DNA from: Gemmatimonadota bacterium
Lineage (GTDB): Bacteria > ARS69
Length of the DNA: 64,000 nt
Reading direction: 5' to 3'
Assembly: GCA_030747075.1 (NCBI GenBank)
Contig: JASLLL010000013.1
Location: 628 to 64,627, forward strand
Under the pieces are notes generated by a model. That model had not been told where the DNA came from. It made no database searches and worked only from the letters and a program-made list of their open reading frames with translations. How positions within the stretch are numbered: position 1 is the first letter of the stretch; each line of letters starts with the position of its first letter. Shown in pieces: positions 30,224-39,233 of the stretch. Position numbers and translations under genes: made by a program.

Positions 30224-31359
30224 CGGTCGGCGGCCTCCATGGCTTTGCGGTAGGTGTCCAGCGTAGCGCGTGCGGCTGCTTTCCATGAGAACTTCTTCGC
30301 CCGGACCTGCCCCGCGCTCCTCAGTGCGGCATGGAGTTCGGGATCGTTGAGCGCGCGGAGAATGCCGCGGGCGATCGAGCCCGGTTCGTGCGGATCGATC
30401 ATGACGGCGGCTTCGCCCGCGATCTCCCGAATGGATGGGATCGCGCTGGCCACCACGGGCACGCCGCACGCCATCGCTTCCAGTACGGGCAGACCGAATC
30501 CCTCTTCGAACGAAGGGAAGACGAACGCTTCCGCCCCGGAGTAGAGCGCCGGGAGATCCTTCGCATCCACGAATCCGGTTGTGAGGACGGAATCCGCGGG
30601 GTCGTCACCCTCCAGGGCGCGGACGAACTCGCTCTCAAGCCATGCGGCCTTCCCCGCCACGACGAGGCGGAGGTTGCTTTCGTGGGCGTTGCGCACTTCC
30701 CGAAAGGCACGCAGCAGTCCGGGGAGGTTCTTGCGAGGCTCCAGATTCCCCACGAAGAGAAGGTACGGTTGCGAGATGTTCAGCTTGTGCAGGACCTCGT
30801 CCACCCGCGTGGGAGTCTCCGGGGAGAAGCGGGATGCCACGCCGTGGGGGATGGCGTCGATCCTGTGGGCCGGAATGTGGAAGGCGGCGCACAGATTCTC
30901 CCGCATGGCACCCGATCCCGTGATGACGCGGGTCGCGCGGCGCAGGGACTTCGGGATGAGCCAGCGCATGTAGGCGGCGTATCGACGGGGGATGGTCTGC
31001 GGGTGCGTAAAGGCGATCAGGTCGTGGATTGTGGCAACAGCGACGGGCTTTCCGGGGAAGAGGGGGACGAGGTAGTTCGGTCCGTGGATGAGATCCACGC
31101 CGAGCTTTCTGGCCCGGCGGGGCAGGACGAAGTGCTCCCATGCGTCACCCGACGGATGGCTTTCGTGAGAGAAGGGGGCCTCGATCAGCTGGAATCGACC
31201 GTCGAGGTCGAGCCCCCGCAGGGCCGTCTCCGCAGGGGCAAGGAGCAGGAACTCGTGGTCGCTGTCGATCTGCGAGAAGCCCCTCACCAGCTCAAGGACA
31301 TAGTTCCCCACGCCGGAGAACTCACGCCCCACCGTTCGGGCATCGAGGAGGATTCGCAT
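30220..31359 (-). CDS. Glycosyltransferase family 4 (WbpY/mannosyltransferase-like)
   Basis: SGVGNY, ATIHDL, VGNLEPRKNL, FPSFEEGFGLPVLEAMACG, FSWKAAA. Confidence 0.92.
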   Translation of the reverse strand: MRILLDARTVGREFSGVGNYVLELVRGFSQIDSDHEFLLLAPAETALRGLDLDGRFQLIEAPFSHESHPSGDAWEHFVLPRRARKLGVDLIHGPNYLVPLFPGKPVAVATIHDLIAFTHPQTIPRRYAAYMRWLIPKSLRRATRVITGSGAMRENLCAAFHIPAHRIDAIPHGVASRFSPETPTRVDEVLHKLNISQPYLLFVGNLEPRKNLPGLLRAFREVRNAHESNLRLVVAGKAAWLESEFVRALEGDDPADSVLTTGFVDAKDLPALYSGAEAFVFPSFEEGFGLPVLEAMACGVPVVASAIPSIREIAGEAAVMIDPHEPGSIARGILRALNDPELHAALRSAGQVRAKKFSWKAAARATLDTYRKAMEAADR

Positions 31360-31492
31360 CGGTCGGTCCGGCCTCCCGGCGGGGAGGCTCCCCCCGCGAT
31401 GCGTCAGCGTACGATGGTGCGCCCCTTCGGGCGACGCGATTCTTCCCGGAGAGCCGCCGGGCTGTTACCTTGCGCCCTCGGGAGGGGATGCC

Positions 31493-32623
31493 GTGCGCGT
31501 TGCTCTGGTTCACGACTGGCTGACGGGAATGCGGGGCGGGGAGAGAGTCCTCGAAGTCTTCTGCGACCTCTTCCCGGGGGCGGACCTCTTCACGCTGGTT
31601 CATATTCCCGGCGCAGTCTCTTCGGTGATTGAAGACCGCAGAATCATCACCAGTCCGCTCTCGCGCCTGCCGGGAATCGCCCGGAGTTACCGGTACTTCC
31701 TCCCGCTCTTCCCGGCGATGGTGGAGCGCTTCGACCTTCGCGACTACGATCTCGTGGTGTCGTCCTCGCACTGCGTGGCGAAGGCCGTTCGGCCCGGTCC
31801 CGGCGCACGCCATGTCTCCTATGTGCACACGCCCATGCGGTATCTCTGGGATCGCTACGAAGACTACTTCGGAGGCGGGTGGGCCGGGCCCGCCACGCGC
31901 GCGGCCATGGCGACGCTGCGCGGCCCCTTGCGTCGCTGGGATCGGCGGACCTGCGATCGCGTGGATGCTTTCGTCGCGAACTCGCGCTTCGTCGCCGAGG
32001 CGATCGACCGGATCTATGGACGCACCGCGGAGGTGGTCCATGCGCCGGTGGATACGGATCTCTTCAGCGAGAGTGGGGAACCGCGCGGGGAGGAGTGGCT
32101 GGTCGTCTCCGCATTCGCCCCGTACAAGCGCGTGGATGTGGCCATTCGTGCCGCGCGCCGAGCGGGAGTCCGGCTTGCGATTGTCGGCGTGGGGCCGATG
32201 GAGAGCGATCTCCGTCGGCTTGCCGGTTCGGGCGTCCGCTTCCTCGGGTCGGTCCCGGCGGACGAACTCGTAAGGCTCTACTCCACGGCGCGGGGTCTTC
32301 TCTTCCCCGGCGTGGAGGACTTCGGGATCGTCCCCCTGGAGGCGATGGCGTGCGGATGCCCGGTGGTCGCGCTCGACCGGGGCGGAGCGCTGGAGACGGT
32401 GGTGGGTGCCGAGTGGGCCGGAGACCCGGCTGGCGTTTCGACCGGGGCCACGGGGCTTTTTGTCGGCGAACAGACGCCGGAGGCTTTTGCGCACGGAATC
32501 ACAGTGGTAGAGAGCGCCGAGGTCGCCTTCGATCCGGACGCGTGCCGGAAACGGGCCGAGGAGTTCTCCACCGGGGTATTCCGGAGCCGAATGGCGCAGA
32601 TTCTGGGAATCGTCAGCGCCTGA
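31493..32623 (+). CDS. Glycosyltransferase family 4 (WbaZ-like)
   Basis: VALVHDWLTGMRGGERVL, SSSHCVAK, YVHTPMRYLWD, PYKRVD, EDFGIVPLEAMACG. Confidence 0.92.
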   Translation: MRVALVHDWLTGMRGGERVLEVFCDLFPGADLFTLVHIPGAVSSVIEDRRIITSPLSRLPGIARSYRYFLPLFPAMVERFDLRDYDLVVSSSHCVAKAVRPGPGARHVSYVHTPMRYLWDRYEDYFGGGWAGPATRAAMATLRGPLRRWDRRTCDRVDAFVANSRFVAEAIDRIYGRTAEVVHAPVDTDLFSESGEPRGEEWLVVSAFAPYKRVDVAIRAARRAGVRLAIVGVGPMESDLRRLAGSGVRFLGSVPADELVRLYSTARGLLFPGVEDFGIVPLEAMACGCPVVALDRGGALETVVGAEWAGDPAGVSTGATGLFVGEQTPEAFAHGITVVESAEVAFDPDACRKRAEEFSTGVFRSRMAQILGIVSA

Positions 32624-32735
32624 CCTTCCGACGCTGGGCGTCTTGACACGGGTGCGACGCGGGTGGGACTCTGGCATGGGTTTCCGGGAACCCCGGACCG
32701 GGGTGACTCCGGAACGGGGCCGGGGAGGGGGAGTC

Positions 32736-33317
32736 ATGGACATCGACGGAATCCGGGAGTCCATGACGGAGACCGTGCGCGTGCTGGAGCGTCTCCGGGA
32801 CGAGACCGCTCCGGCAGTGGCCGCCGTCTCCGAGGAGCTTGTTCGGTGTGTGACGGCCGGTGGGCGCATCCTGGTCTGCGGCAATGGAGGGAGCGCGGCG
32901 GACTCCCAGCACATGGCCACGGAACTCACGGTCCGGTTCCGGAAGCAGCGCCGTGCGATTTCCGCGCTTGCCCTCACGGTGGATTCCTCGGTGCTTACCG
33001 CAGCTTCCAACGATCTGGGCTTCGCGAAGGTGTTCAGTCGCCAGGTGGAAGCTCACGGGAAGGCGGGAGATGTGCTGATCGCGATCTCCACCAGTGGGAA
33101 CTCACCGAATGTGGTGGAGGCGGTCCGTGAGGCCCGCGTGCGGGGACTGGTCACCGTGGCGCTCACGGGAGCGGCGGGGGGGGCGCTTGCCTCGGAAGTG
33201 GACCACTGGATCGGCGTGCCTTCCGAAGAGACTCCACAGATTCAGGAAGCGCATCTCGTGGTGGAACACCTGCTCTGCGAAGCCATGGAAGACGCGGTGG
33301 CGGAGGATGCGCCGTGA
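32736..33317 (+). CDS. gmhA: Phosphoheptose (D-sedoheptulose 7-phosphate) isomerase
   Basis: CGNGGSAADSQH, TAASND, FSRQVEA, ISTSGNSPNV, IQEAH. Confidence 0.93.
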   Translation: MDIDGIRESMTETVRVLERLRDETAPAVAAVSEELVRCVTAGGRILVCGNGGSAADSQHMATELTVRFRKQRRAISALALTVDSSVLTAASNDLGFAKVFSRQVEAHGKAGDVLIAISTSGNSPNVVEAVREARVRGLVTVALTGAAGGALASEVDHWIGVPSEETPQIQEAHLVVEHLLCEAMEDAVAEDAP

Positions 33318-34852
33318 CACCGGGAGACACCACCACGCCTCCGTCCACGGGAGGAGCCCCGCCGACGCTCCCGCGTGCGGCGATCGCGGATCGGGCGATG
33401 CGTCGCATCCTGAAGTCCGCGTCCACCGTTCCGACGCCCTCGGCCTCGTCTCTGGAACCCGCGCTCTTTGCCGCCATCTGGGTGGCACTGGACGGCATCG
33501 CGGTGACGACGGCATTTCTTGCGGCGTACTGGATCCGGTTCACCTCCGCGTGGATTCCCGCTCCACTCGGCGTGCCGCCTCTGGCGACCTATGTGCCGGT
33601 TCTCGCGGTGGTGCTTCCGGTGTCGATCTGGGCTTATCGCCGCTGTGGCCTCTACCGGCCCGGCCGCGTCTCCTCCTTCAGCCGGGATTCGCTGTCCGGC
33701 GTGAGAGCGGCGGCTCTTGCGGTCGTGGTGCTGGTAGCGGCGGCCTTCTTCTACCGCAGCACTTCCTTCTCCCGGGGGTTTGTCGCGCTCTTCTGGGTGG
33801 CGACGACCGTGGCATTCCCGGTGTTTCGCCGCGTGGCATCGGTGGTGCATGGTGGGCTTCGCAAGAGGGGACACGGCGTGGCACGGATCGCCATTCTTGG
33901 CGGGGGAGAGGTGGCGCGTCGGCTGGAGGAAGAGATCCGCTCCGGCCCGGGCTCCGGGTTGATCGTTGCGGCATCACTCGGAGGAGACGACTGGCGTCCG
34001 CCCGGCGTTTCCCCGGAGTCTTCCGAGGATCGAGCGCTGCGGACCGCCAGAGTTCGAAACCTCGTCCGGTCCCGGAGGATTCACCGCATCCTGGTGACGG
34101 ATGCCGGGCTCTCCTTCGACAGCCGCATGGACCTCATGGAAGAGTGCCATTCGCTGGGGATTTCCTGCGGATTCGTCCCGGATCTCTTTGAGGTGCTCGT
34201 GGGGAGGACCCATGTCGAGGACATCGGCGGGTTTCCGCTGGTCGGGTTCCGGATGTTTCCGCTGGACCGATGGGATCGGTTTCAGAAGCGTTCCCTGGAC
34301 ATCGCCGGGTCACTCCTGGGGCTGGTTGCGTTGCTGCCCCTTCTGGCGTTTGTCGCGCTCTGCGTGCGTCTGGATTCGCCCGGTCCGGTCTTCTATCGCC
34401 AGCAGCGTCTGGGGCGGGACGGCCGTGAGTTCGACATTGTGAAGTTCCGTTCGATGCATCCCGGAGTGGAGAGCGACACCGGTCCCGTGCGTGCCCGTCG
34501 TACGGATGGTCGTCCCACTCGGGTGGGACGCGTGATCCGCCGTCTCAGTCTCGATGAGCTCCCTCAGCTGTGGAATGTCCTGCGAGGGGTGATGTCGCTG
34601 GTGGGACCACGCCCGGAGCGGCCTCATTTCGTAAGTGAATACCAGCGCAGAATCCCGCGCTATCTGGAGCGACATGAAGTGAAGTCCGGCATGACCGGCT
34701 GGGCACAGGTCAATGGTTTTCGGGGCGACACATCCATCGAGGGGCGCACCCGACTGGATCTGTGGTATCTGGAGAACTGGTCGCTGGCTCTGGATGTGAA
34801 GATCCTGGTGCTGACGGCCGTTCGGTTTCTCTTTCAGAAGGAGGCATTCTGA
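33314..34852 (+). CDS. Undecaprenyl-phosphate sugar phosphotransferase (WcaJ/WbaP-type initiating enzyme)
   Basis: Four N-terminal TMs, KRSLDI, SPGPVFYRQ, KFRSM, SLDELPQLWNVL, MSLVGPRPE, GMTGWAQVNG. Confidence 0.92.
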   Translation: MTPGDTTTPPSTGGAPPTLPRAAIADRAMRRILKSASTVPTPSASSLEPALFAAIWVALDGIAVTTAFLAAYWIRFTSAWIPAPLGVPPLATYVPVLAVVLPVSIWAYRRCGLYRPGRVSSFSRDSLSGVRAAALAVVVLVAAAFFYRSTSFSRGFVALFWVATTVAFPVFRRVASVVHGGLRKRGHGVARIAILGGGEVARRLEEEIRSGPGSGLIVAASLGGDDWRPPGVSPESSEDRALRTARVRNLVRSRRIHRILVTDAGLSFDSRMDLMEECHSLGISCGFVPDLFEVLVGRTHVEDIGGFPLVGFRMFPLDRWDRFQKRSLDIAGSLLGLVALLPLLAFVALCVRLDSPGPVFYRQQRLGRDGREFDIVKFRSMHPGVESDTGPVRARRTDGRPTRVGRVIRRLSLDELPQLWNVLRGVMSLVGPRPERPHFVSEYQRRIPRYLERHEVKSGMTGWAQVNGFRGDTSIEGRTRLDLWYLENWSLALDVKILVLTAVRFLFQKEAF

Positions 34853-34865
34853 TGCCCATCGGAGA

Positions 34866-35243
34866 ATGCACTTGATGAGGAATGTACTGCTCATTCTGGT
34901 GTGCGTCGCCCTCGGCGTCTGCGGACAACTTCTGCTGAAGCACGGGATGAGTTCGCCCGGTATCCGTGTCACCGCGGCTTCCCAGATTCCTGCCATGATC
35001 GGGCGGGCGATCGCTACGCCTTCGGTCGTCTCCGGCTTCCTCTTCTACGGGCTCTCGTCCGTGTTGTGGCTCGTCATCCTCACGAGAGTGGAGCTTTCCA
35101 TGGCCTACCCGATGCTCTCCATCGGATATGTGCTGGTCGTGTTTCTCTCGCGGTTCTTCTTCCATGAGCATGTGACTCCCATGCGCATTCTGGGGACACT
35201 CGTCGTTTGTCTTGGCGTGTTCCTGATCTCGCGATCCCAATGA
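34866..35243 (+). CDS. Small EamA/SMR-like membrane protein (ArnE/ArnF-like flippase candidate)
   Basis: Four TMs, GQLLLKHGM, LTRVELSMAYPMLS, FHEHV..RILG. Confidence 0.8.
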   Translation: MHLMRNVLLILVCVALGVCGQLLLKHGMSSPGIRVTAASQIPAMIGRAIATPSVVSGFLFYGLSSVLWLVILTRVELSMAYPMLSIGYVLVVFLSRFFFHEHVTPMRILGTLVVCLGVFLISRSQ

Positions 35244-35899
35244 GCACCGCCGAGACGACGCGCCCCATCGTCATTGGGATTGCAGGCGGGAGCGGGTCCG
35301 GGAAGACCACGGTCGCCCTGCGTGTGGCGGACCATTTCGAGAATCGGAAGGTGGTCATTCTCCATCACGACAGCTACTACCGGGATCGATCCGATCTCCC
35401 GCTGGAGGACCGGCGGCGCCTCAACTACGATCACCCGGACTCCTTCGAGAATGAACTGGTGGTCGAGCACCTGGTGGCGCTTCGTACGGGAGAGGCGATT
35501 CCACGCCCGACCTACAACTACGAGAGCCACTGCCGCGAGGAGAAGCCTGTCTCCGTGGGGCCAGCGCACATCATTCTCCTGGAGGGGATTCTCGTATTGG
35601 ATATCCCGGAGATCCGGGAGTTGCTGGACATCAAGCTGTATGTGGACTGCGCGGCGGACGAACGGCTGACGCGCCGCATCCTGCGCGATCTCCACGAACG
35701 CGGCCGTTCCGTGCATTCGGTTCTGAATCAGTACACGGACACGGTCCGCCCCATGCATCTTCAGTTCGTGGAACCGTCCAAGCGTCACGCGGATGTGATC
35801 ATCCCGAGGGGCGGGTTCAACGAGGTCGCCATAGACCTGATCGTTTCCCGGATGCGTGAGATTCTCACCAGACTCAGCGAAGTCGAGGTGGAGCGATGA
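35240..35899 (+). CDS. udk: Uridine kinase
   Basis: GIAGGSGSGKTT, DSYY, NYDHPD, EGIL, RRILRD..ERGR, FVEPSKRHADVIIP. Confidence 0.95.
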   Translation: MSTAETTRPIVIGIAGGSGSGKTTVALRVADHFENRKVVILHHDSYYRDRSDLPLEDRRRLNYDHPDSFENELVVEHLVALRTGEAIPRPTYNYESHCREEKPVSVGPAHIILLEGILVLDIPEIRELLDIKLYVDCAADERLTRRILRDLHERGRSVHSVLNQYTDTVRPMHLQFVEPSKRHADVIIPRGGFNEVAIDLIVSRMREILTRLSEVEVER

Positions 35900-36780
35900 C
35901 CGCCCTCATCACGCTGGCGCGCCCCCGCCAGTGGATCAAGAATATCGTGGTGTTCGCGGGCGTCGTGTTCGCCGGGAGGCTGGGGGATCCTGCCTTCGCG
36001 GTCAGAGCGGCGGCCGCGTTCGCCATCTTCTGCGTGCTGTCGAGCGCCATCTATGTGTTCAACGACTTGATGGATGTGGAGAAGGACCGTCTCCATCCCC
36101 GCAAGCGCACACGGCCGTTGGCCTCGGGAAGGGTCGGGCGCCCGATTGCGGCGGTGTTCCTGTTGGCGCTTGTGCTGGCGGGACTCTTCGCGGCATTCCG
36201 GGCGGGGCCGCGCTTCGGACAGGCGGCGGTGGCGTTCCTGCTCCTCAACGGGATGTACTCGCTGTGGCTCAAGCGGCACGCCATGATCGATGTCATGTGC
36301 ATCTCCGTGAGCTTTCTGATTCGGGCCATTGCAGGGGTGCGGATTCTTCAGGACGCGGACCCGACCGTGGCTCTCTCCAACTGGCTGCTTCTGTGTACTT
36401 TTTTCCTGGCGCTCTTTCTGGGATTCGGGAAGCGAAGGTCGGAACTGGTTCTCCTGGAGGGGGATGCTTCTGAGCATCGCGCATCGCTGGGCGAGTACTC
36501 GGTGGAACTTCTCGACATGGTGATTTCCATCGTGACCACCAGTGCAATCCTGTCCTTTTCCATCTACACAATCTGGCCGGAGACCATCGCGAATCTCGGC
36601 ACGGACAAACTCGTTTACACGGTGCCGGTCGTCATGTATGGCTTCCTCCGGTATCTGTTCCTGATCAGGGAGAGGGGGCTCGGGGGCAACCCGTCGGAAA
36701 TCCTCTTCCGGGATCCCCCCCTGTTGGCCGGAGTGGTGGCGTGGGTCGTCGCGGTGGTCGGCCTTCTGTATCTCCGCTGA
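35896..36780 (+). CDS. UbiA-family polyprenyl-phosphate phosphoribosyltransferase (DPPR synthase-like)
   Basis: RPRQWIKN, YVFNDLMDVEKDRLHPRKRTRPLASG, YSLWLK, GKRRSE, HRASLGEYS, GNPSE. Confidence 0.85.
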   Translation: MTALITLARPRQWIKNIVVFAGVVFAGRLGDPAFAVRAAAAFAIFCVLSSAIYVFNDLMDVEKDRLHPRKRTRPLASGRVGRPIAAVFLLALVLAGLFAAFRAGPRFGQAAVAFLLLNGMYSLWLKRHAMIDVMCISVSFLIRAIAGVRILQDADPTVALSNWLLLCTFFLALFLGFGKRRSELVLLEGDASEHRASLGEYSVELLDMVISIVTTSAILSFSIYTIWPETIANLGTDKLVYTVPVVMYGFLRYLFLIRERGLGGNPSEILFRDPPLLAGVVAWVVAVVGLLYLR

Positions 36781-36804
36781 TCCATTGCCGGGGAGGGACC
36801 AGGA

Positions 36805-37683
36805 GTGAAGAAACTCGTCGTTGAATCCCCCGCGAAGGTGAACCTGTCGCTGGAAGTGCTGGGTAGGCGCGCGGACGGGTACCATTCTCTTCGCGGTATC
36901 ATGGTTCCCGTAACGCTGGAAGATGTCGTCACCTTCACGCCGGGCGGGCGGGGGTTCGTCTTCCACGCAGGCCAGGGAACTCCCCGTGGCGAAGGCAACC
37001 TTGCCCATCGGGCAGCGACGCTCCTCATGGAAAGAACCGGAGTTCGGCACGCGCTGGATCTCCGCGTCCTGAAGAGAATCCCGGTGGCGGCGGGACTCGG
37101 CGGCGGCAGCTCGGATGCGGCGGCGGTACTGGCCGGGCTCAACCGAATGTGGGACCTGGGTCTGTCCGGCGCGGATCTGGAGAGTCTGGGGCTGGAGCTC
37201 GGCTCGGATGTCCCGTTCTTCCTTCGCGGGGGGATCTGTGTTGCAGAGGGGCGCGGAGAGGAACTGGAGCGCCTGTCGGTGCCGGTCGTGCCGGAGTTCG
37301 TGCTGGTTCATCCTCCCATTCGGGTTTCCGCGGGATGGGCCTTCGATCACATTCCGGAAGAACACCCCCGGGCAACGGGCGCGACCAACATGCTCCGCGT
37401 GGCACTGGCGACCGGGCGGCCGGAACTCCTTGGGCCGCACCTGGTCAATGATCTTCAGCCGGGAGTAGAGGCGGAACACCCGATCGTCCGGGAAATCCGG
37501 GAGCGGCTTCTTTCGGCCGGAGCCCTCGGAGCGGTCATGTCGGGCAGTGGTCCGACGGTCCTGGGTGTGAGTGCCGACGCGGAGAGCGCGAACCGCGTTG
37601 CGGCGGAGATGGAGGATTCCCGCTGGAGGGTCTATCGCGCGTCGGTGGCATCGAGTCAGGTGGAGGAGACGACCTCCCCCTGA
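36805..37683 (+). CDS. ispE: 4-diphosphocytidyl-2-C-methyl-D-erythritol kinase
   Basis: PAKVNLSL, DGYH, KRIPVAAGLGGGSSDAA, LGSDVPFF, MSGSGPTV. Confidence 0.96.
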   Translation: MKKLVVESPAKVNLSLEVLGRRADGYHSLRGIMVPVTLEDVVTFTPGGRGFVFHAGQGTPRGEGNLAHRAATLLMERTGVRHALDLRVLKRIPVAAGLGGGSSDAAAVLAGLNRMWDLGLSGADLESLGLELGSDVPFFLRGGICVAEGRGEELERLSVPVVPEFVLVHPPIRVSAGWAFDHIPEEHPRATGATNMLRVALATGRPELLGPHLVNDLQPGVEAEHPIVREIRERLLSAGALGAVMSGSGPTVLGVSADAESANRVAAEMEDSRWRVYRASVASSQVEETTSP

Positions 37684-37724
37684 AGACAGGGTGGCTGGGA
37701 GTGTGGGAGCGGGGGGATGCATCC

Positions 37725-38033
37725 ATGGAAATCACCGAGGTCCGTATATCTCTTCGAGAAGAAGAGAAGCTGAAGGCGTTCGTGACCATCACCTTCGACG
37801 GATGTTTTGTCGTCCGGGGGGCGAAGGTCATTGACGGGAACCAGGGGCTTTTCGTCGCCATGCCGAGCCGCCGAAAGTCAGACGGGACATTTCAGGATGT
37901 CGCCCACCCGATCTGCGCGGAGATGCGAAGGGAACTGGAGGAGCAGGTTCTCGACGAGTACTATATCGAAGCGGAGCGGCAGGATGAGCCGGCCCGGGAG
38001 TATGCGGACGCTTCGAGGGACGCAGGCGGTTGA
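37725..38033 (+). CDS. spoVG: SpoVG family nucleic-acid-binding protein
   Basis: MEITEVRI, LKAFVTITFD, KVIDGNQGLFVAMPSR, FQDVAHPI. Confidence 0.93.
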   Translation: MEITEVRISLREEEKLKAFVTITFDGCFVVRGAKVIDGNQGLFVAMPSRRKSDGTFQDVAHPICAEMRRELEEQVLDEYYIEAERQDEPAREYADASRDAGG

Positions 38034-38077
38034 TTCTCGTCCCCCTGGGGGGGGCGCTCTTCCGGGCGGGATCACGC

Positions 38078-38152
38078 TGGGGCGTCGTCAAGTGGTAAGA
38101 CACCGGCCTTTGGAGCCGGCATTCGGAGGTTCGAATCCTCCCGCCCCAGCCA
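38078..38152 (+). tRNA. tRNA-Gln(TTG)
   Basis: TGGGGCG/CGCCCCA acceptor, CCGGC-CT-TTG-GA-GCCGG, GGTTCGAATCC, GCCA; usual ispE-tRNA-Gln-prs context. Confidence 0.97.
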
Positions 38153-38173
38153 TCACGCGTCGCCGGATTCAGC

Positions 38174-38203
38174 TTGCCCCGCCCCCGGGATCCTCGCTAG
38201 AAT
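38174..38203 (+). promoter_or_regulatory. Putative sigma70 promoter for prs-rplY-pth
   Basis: TTGCCC-N18-TAGAAT. Confidence 0.5.
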
Positions 38204-38247
38204 GCGCGCCCGTTCTGCGCCCTTCCTGTTCCGGAGGAGAGTGACCC

Positions 38248-39186
38248 TTGGCGGACGACATGGTTCTGTTCTCGGGGACGGCCCATCCCGACCTGGCCGC
38301 CCGGATCGCGGACGAGCTTGGAACAAAGCTCGGGTCCGCGGAGATCTCCCGTTTCTCCGACGGAGAGGTCTTCGTGAAGCTGAACGAGAATGTCCGGGGC
38401 GTGGATGTCTTCATCATCCAGCCGACGCTGGCCGGTGCGGATCACCTGATGGAGCTGTACATGCTCATGGACGCGGCTTCGCGTGCCTCGGCCGCCCGAA
38501 TCACCGCAGTGATTCCGTACTTCGGATACGCCCGGCAGGATCGCAAGGACCAGCCGCGCGTCTCCCTGGCCGCAAAGCTCGTGGCCAATCTCATCACGAC
38601 CGCCGGAGCGGACCGCGTGCTGGCCATGGATCTTCACGCTTCGCAGATTCAAGGGTTCTTCGACATTCCGGTGGATCACCTGTACGCCGCGCCGCTGTTT
38701 ACAGAGCACTTCTCGCGGTTTGATCCGGGGGAGATCACGGTGGTCGCCCCGGACCTCGGCAGCGTGAAGATGGCGCGCGCCTACGCGAAGCGACTCGGCG
38801 CGTCGTTGGCCATTGTGGAAAAGAGGCGGCCCAAGGCGAACGAGGCGGAGGTGATGAATGTCATCGGCGCCAGCGAGGTGGCGGGGCGGAACCTGCTGAT
38901 CATCGACGACATGATCGACACGGGGAAGACGCTCGTTCAGGCGGCGAAGGCCCTCCGGGAGGCGGGTGCGCGGGACATCTATGCGTGCGCTACGCACGCG
39001 GTCCTGTCCGGCGAAGCCCGGACGCGTCTCTTCGAGTCGGATGTGTCCGGGCTGATTGTCACCGACACGATTCCACCCGGAGATTCCACCGACCGGATTA
39101 CCGTGCTGTCCACGGCTTCTCTTTTTGCAGAGGCGATCCTCCGGATTCACCGGATGGAGTCGCTCTCGGTGTTGTTCGACAACTGA
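38248..39186 (+). CDS. prs: Ribose-phosphate pyrophosphokinase
   Basis: FSDGE, ENVRG, PYFGYARQDRK, DLHASQIQGFF, APDLG, IDDMIDTGKT, ATHAVLS. Confidence 0.97.
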   Translation: MADDMVLFSGTAHPDLAARIADELGTKLGSAEISRFSDGEVFVKLNENVRGVDVFIIQPTLAGADHLMELYMLMDAASRASAARITAVIPYFGYARQDRKDQPRVSLAAKLVANLITTAGADRVLAMDLHASQIQGFFDIPVDHLYAAPLFTEHFSRFDPGEITVVAPDLGSVKMARAYAKRLGASLAIVEKRRPKANEAEVMNVIGASEVAGRNLLIIDDMIDTGKTLVQAAKALREAGARDIYACATHAVLSGEARTRLFESDVSGLIVTDTIPPGDSTDRITVLSTASLFAEAILRIHRMESLSVLFDN

Positions 39187-39233
39187 GTTTCACTGCCTGA
39201 CTCTTCGGGGCGGGCCCAGCAAGGAATGCGTAC

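Noticed and set aside
37725-38033. spoVG as evidence of sporulation or Firmicutes origin
   Set aside because: SpoVG occurs in many non-sporulating lineages, often in this ispE-prs context.
38038-38056. C5/G8 run before tRNA-Gln as a phase-variable tract
   Set aside because: Better explained as a small GC hairpin in a tRNA leader; non-coding and not in a promoter spacer.
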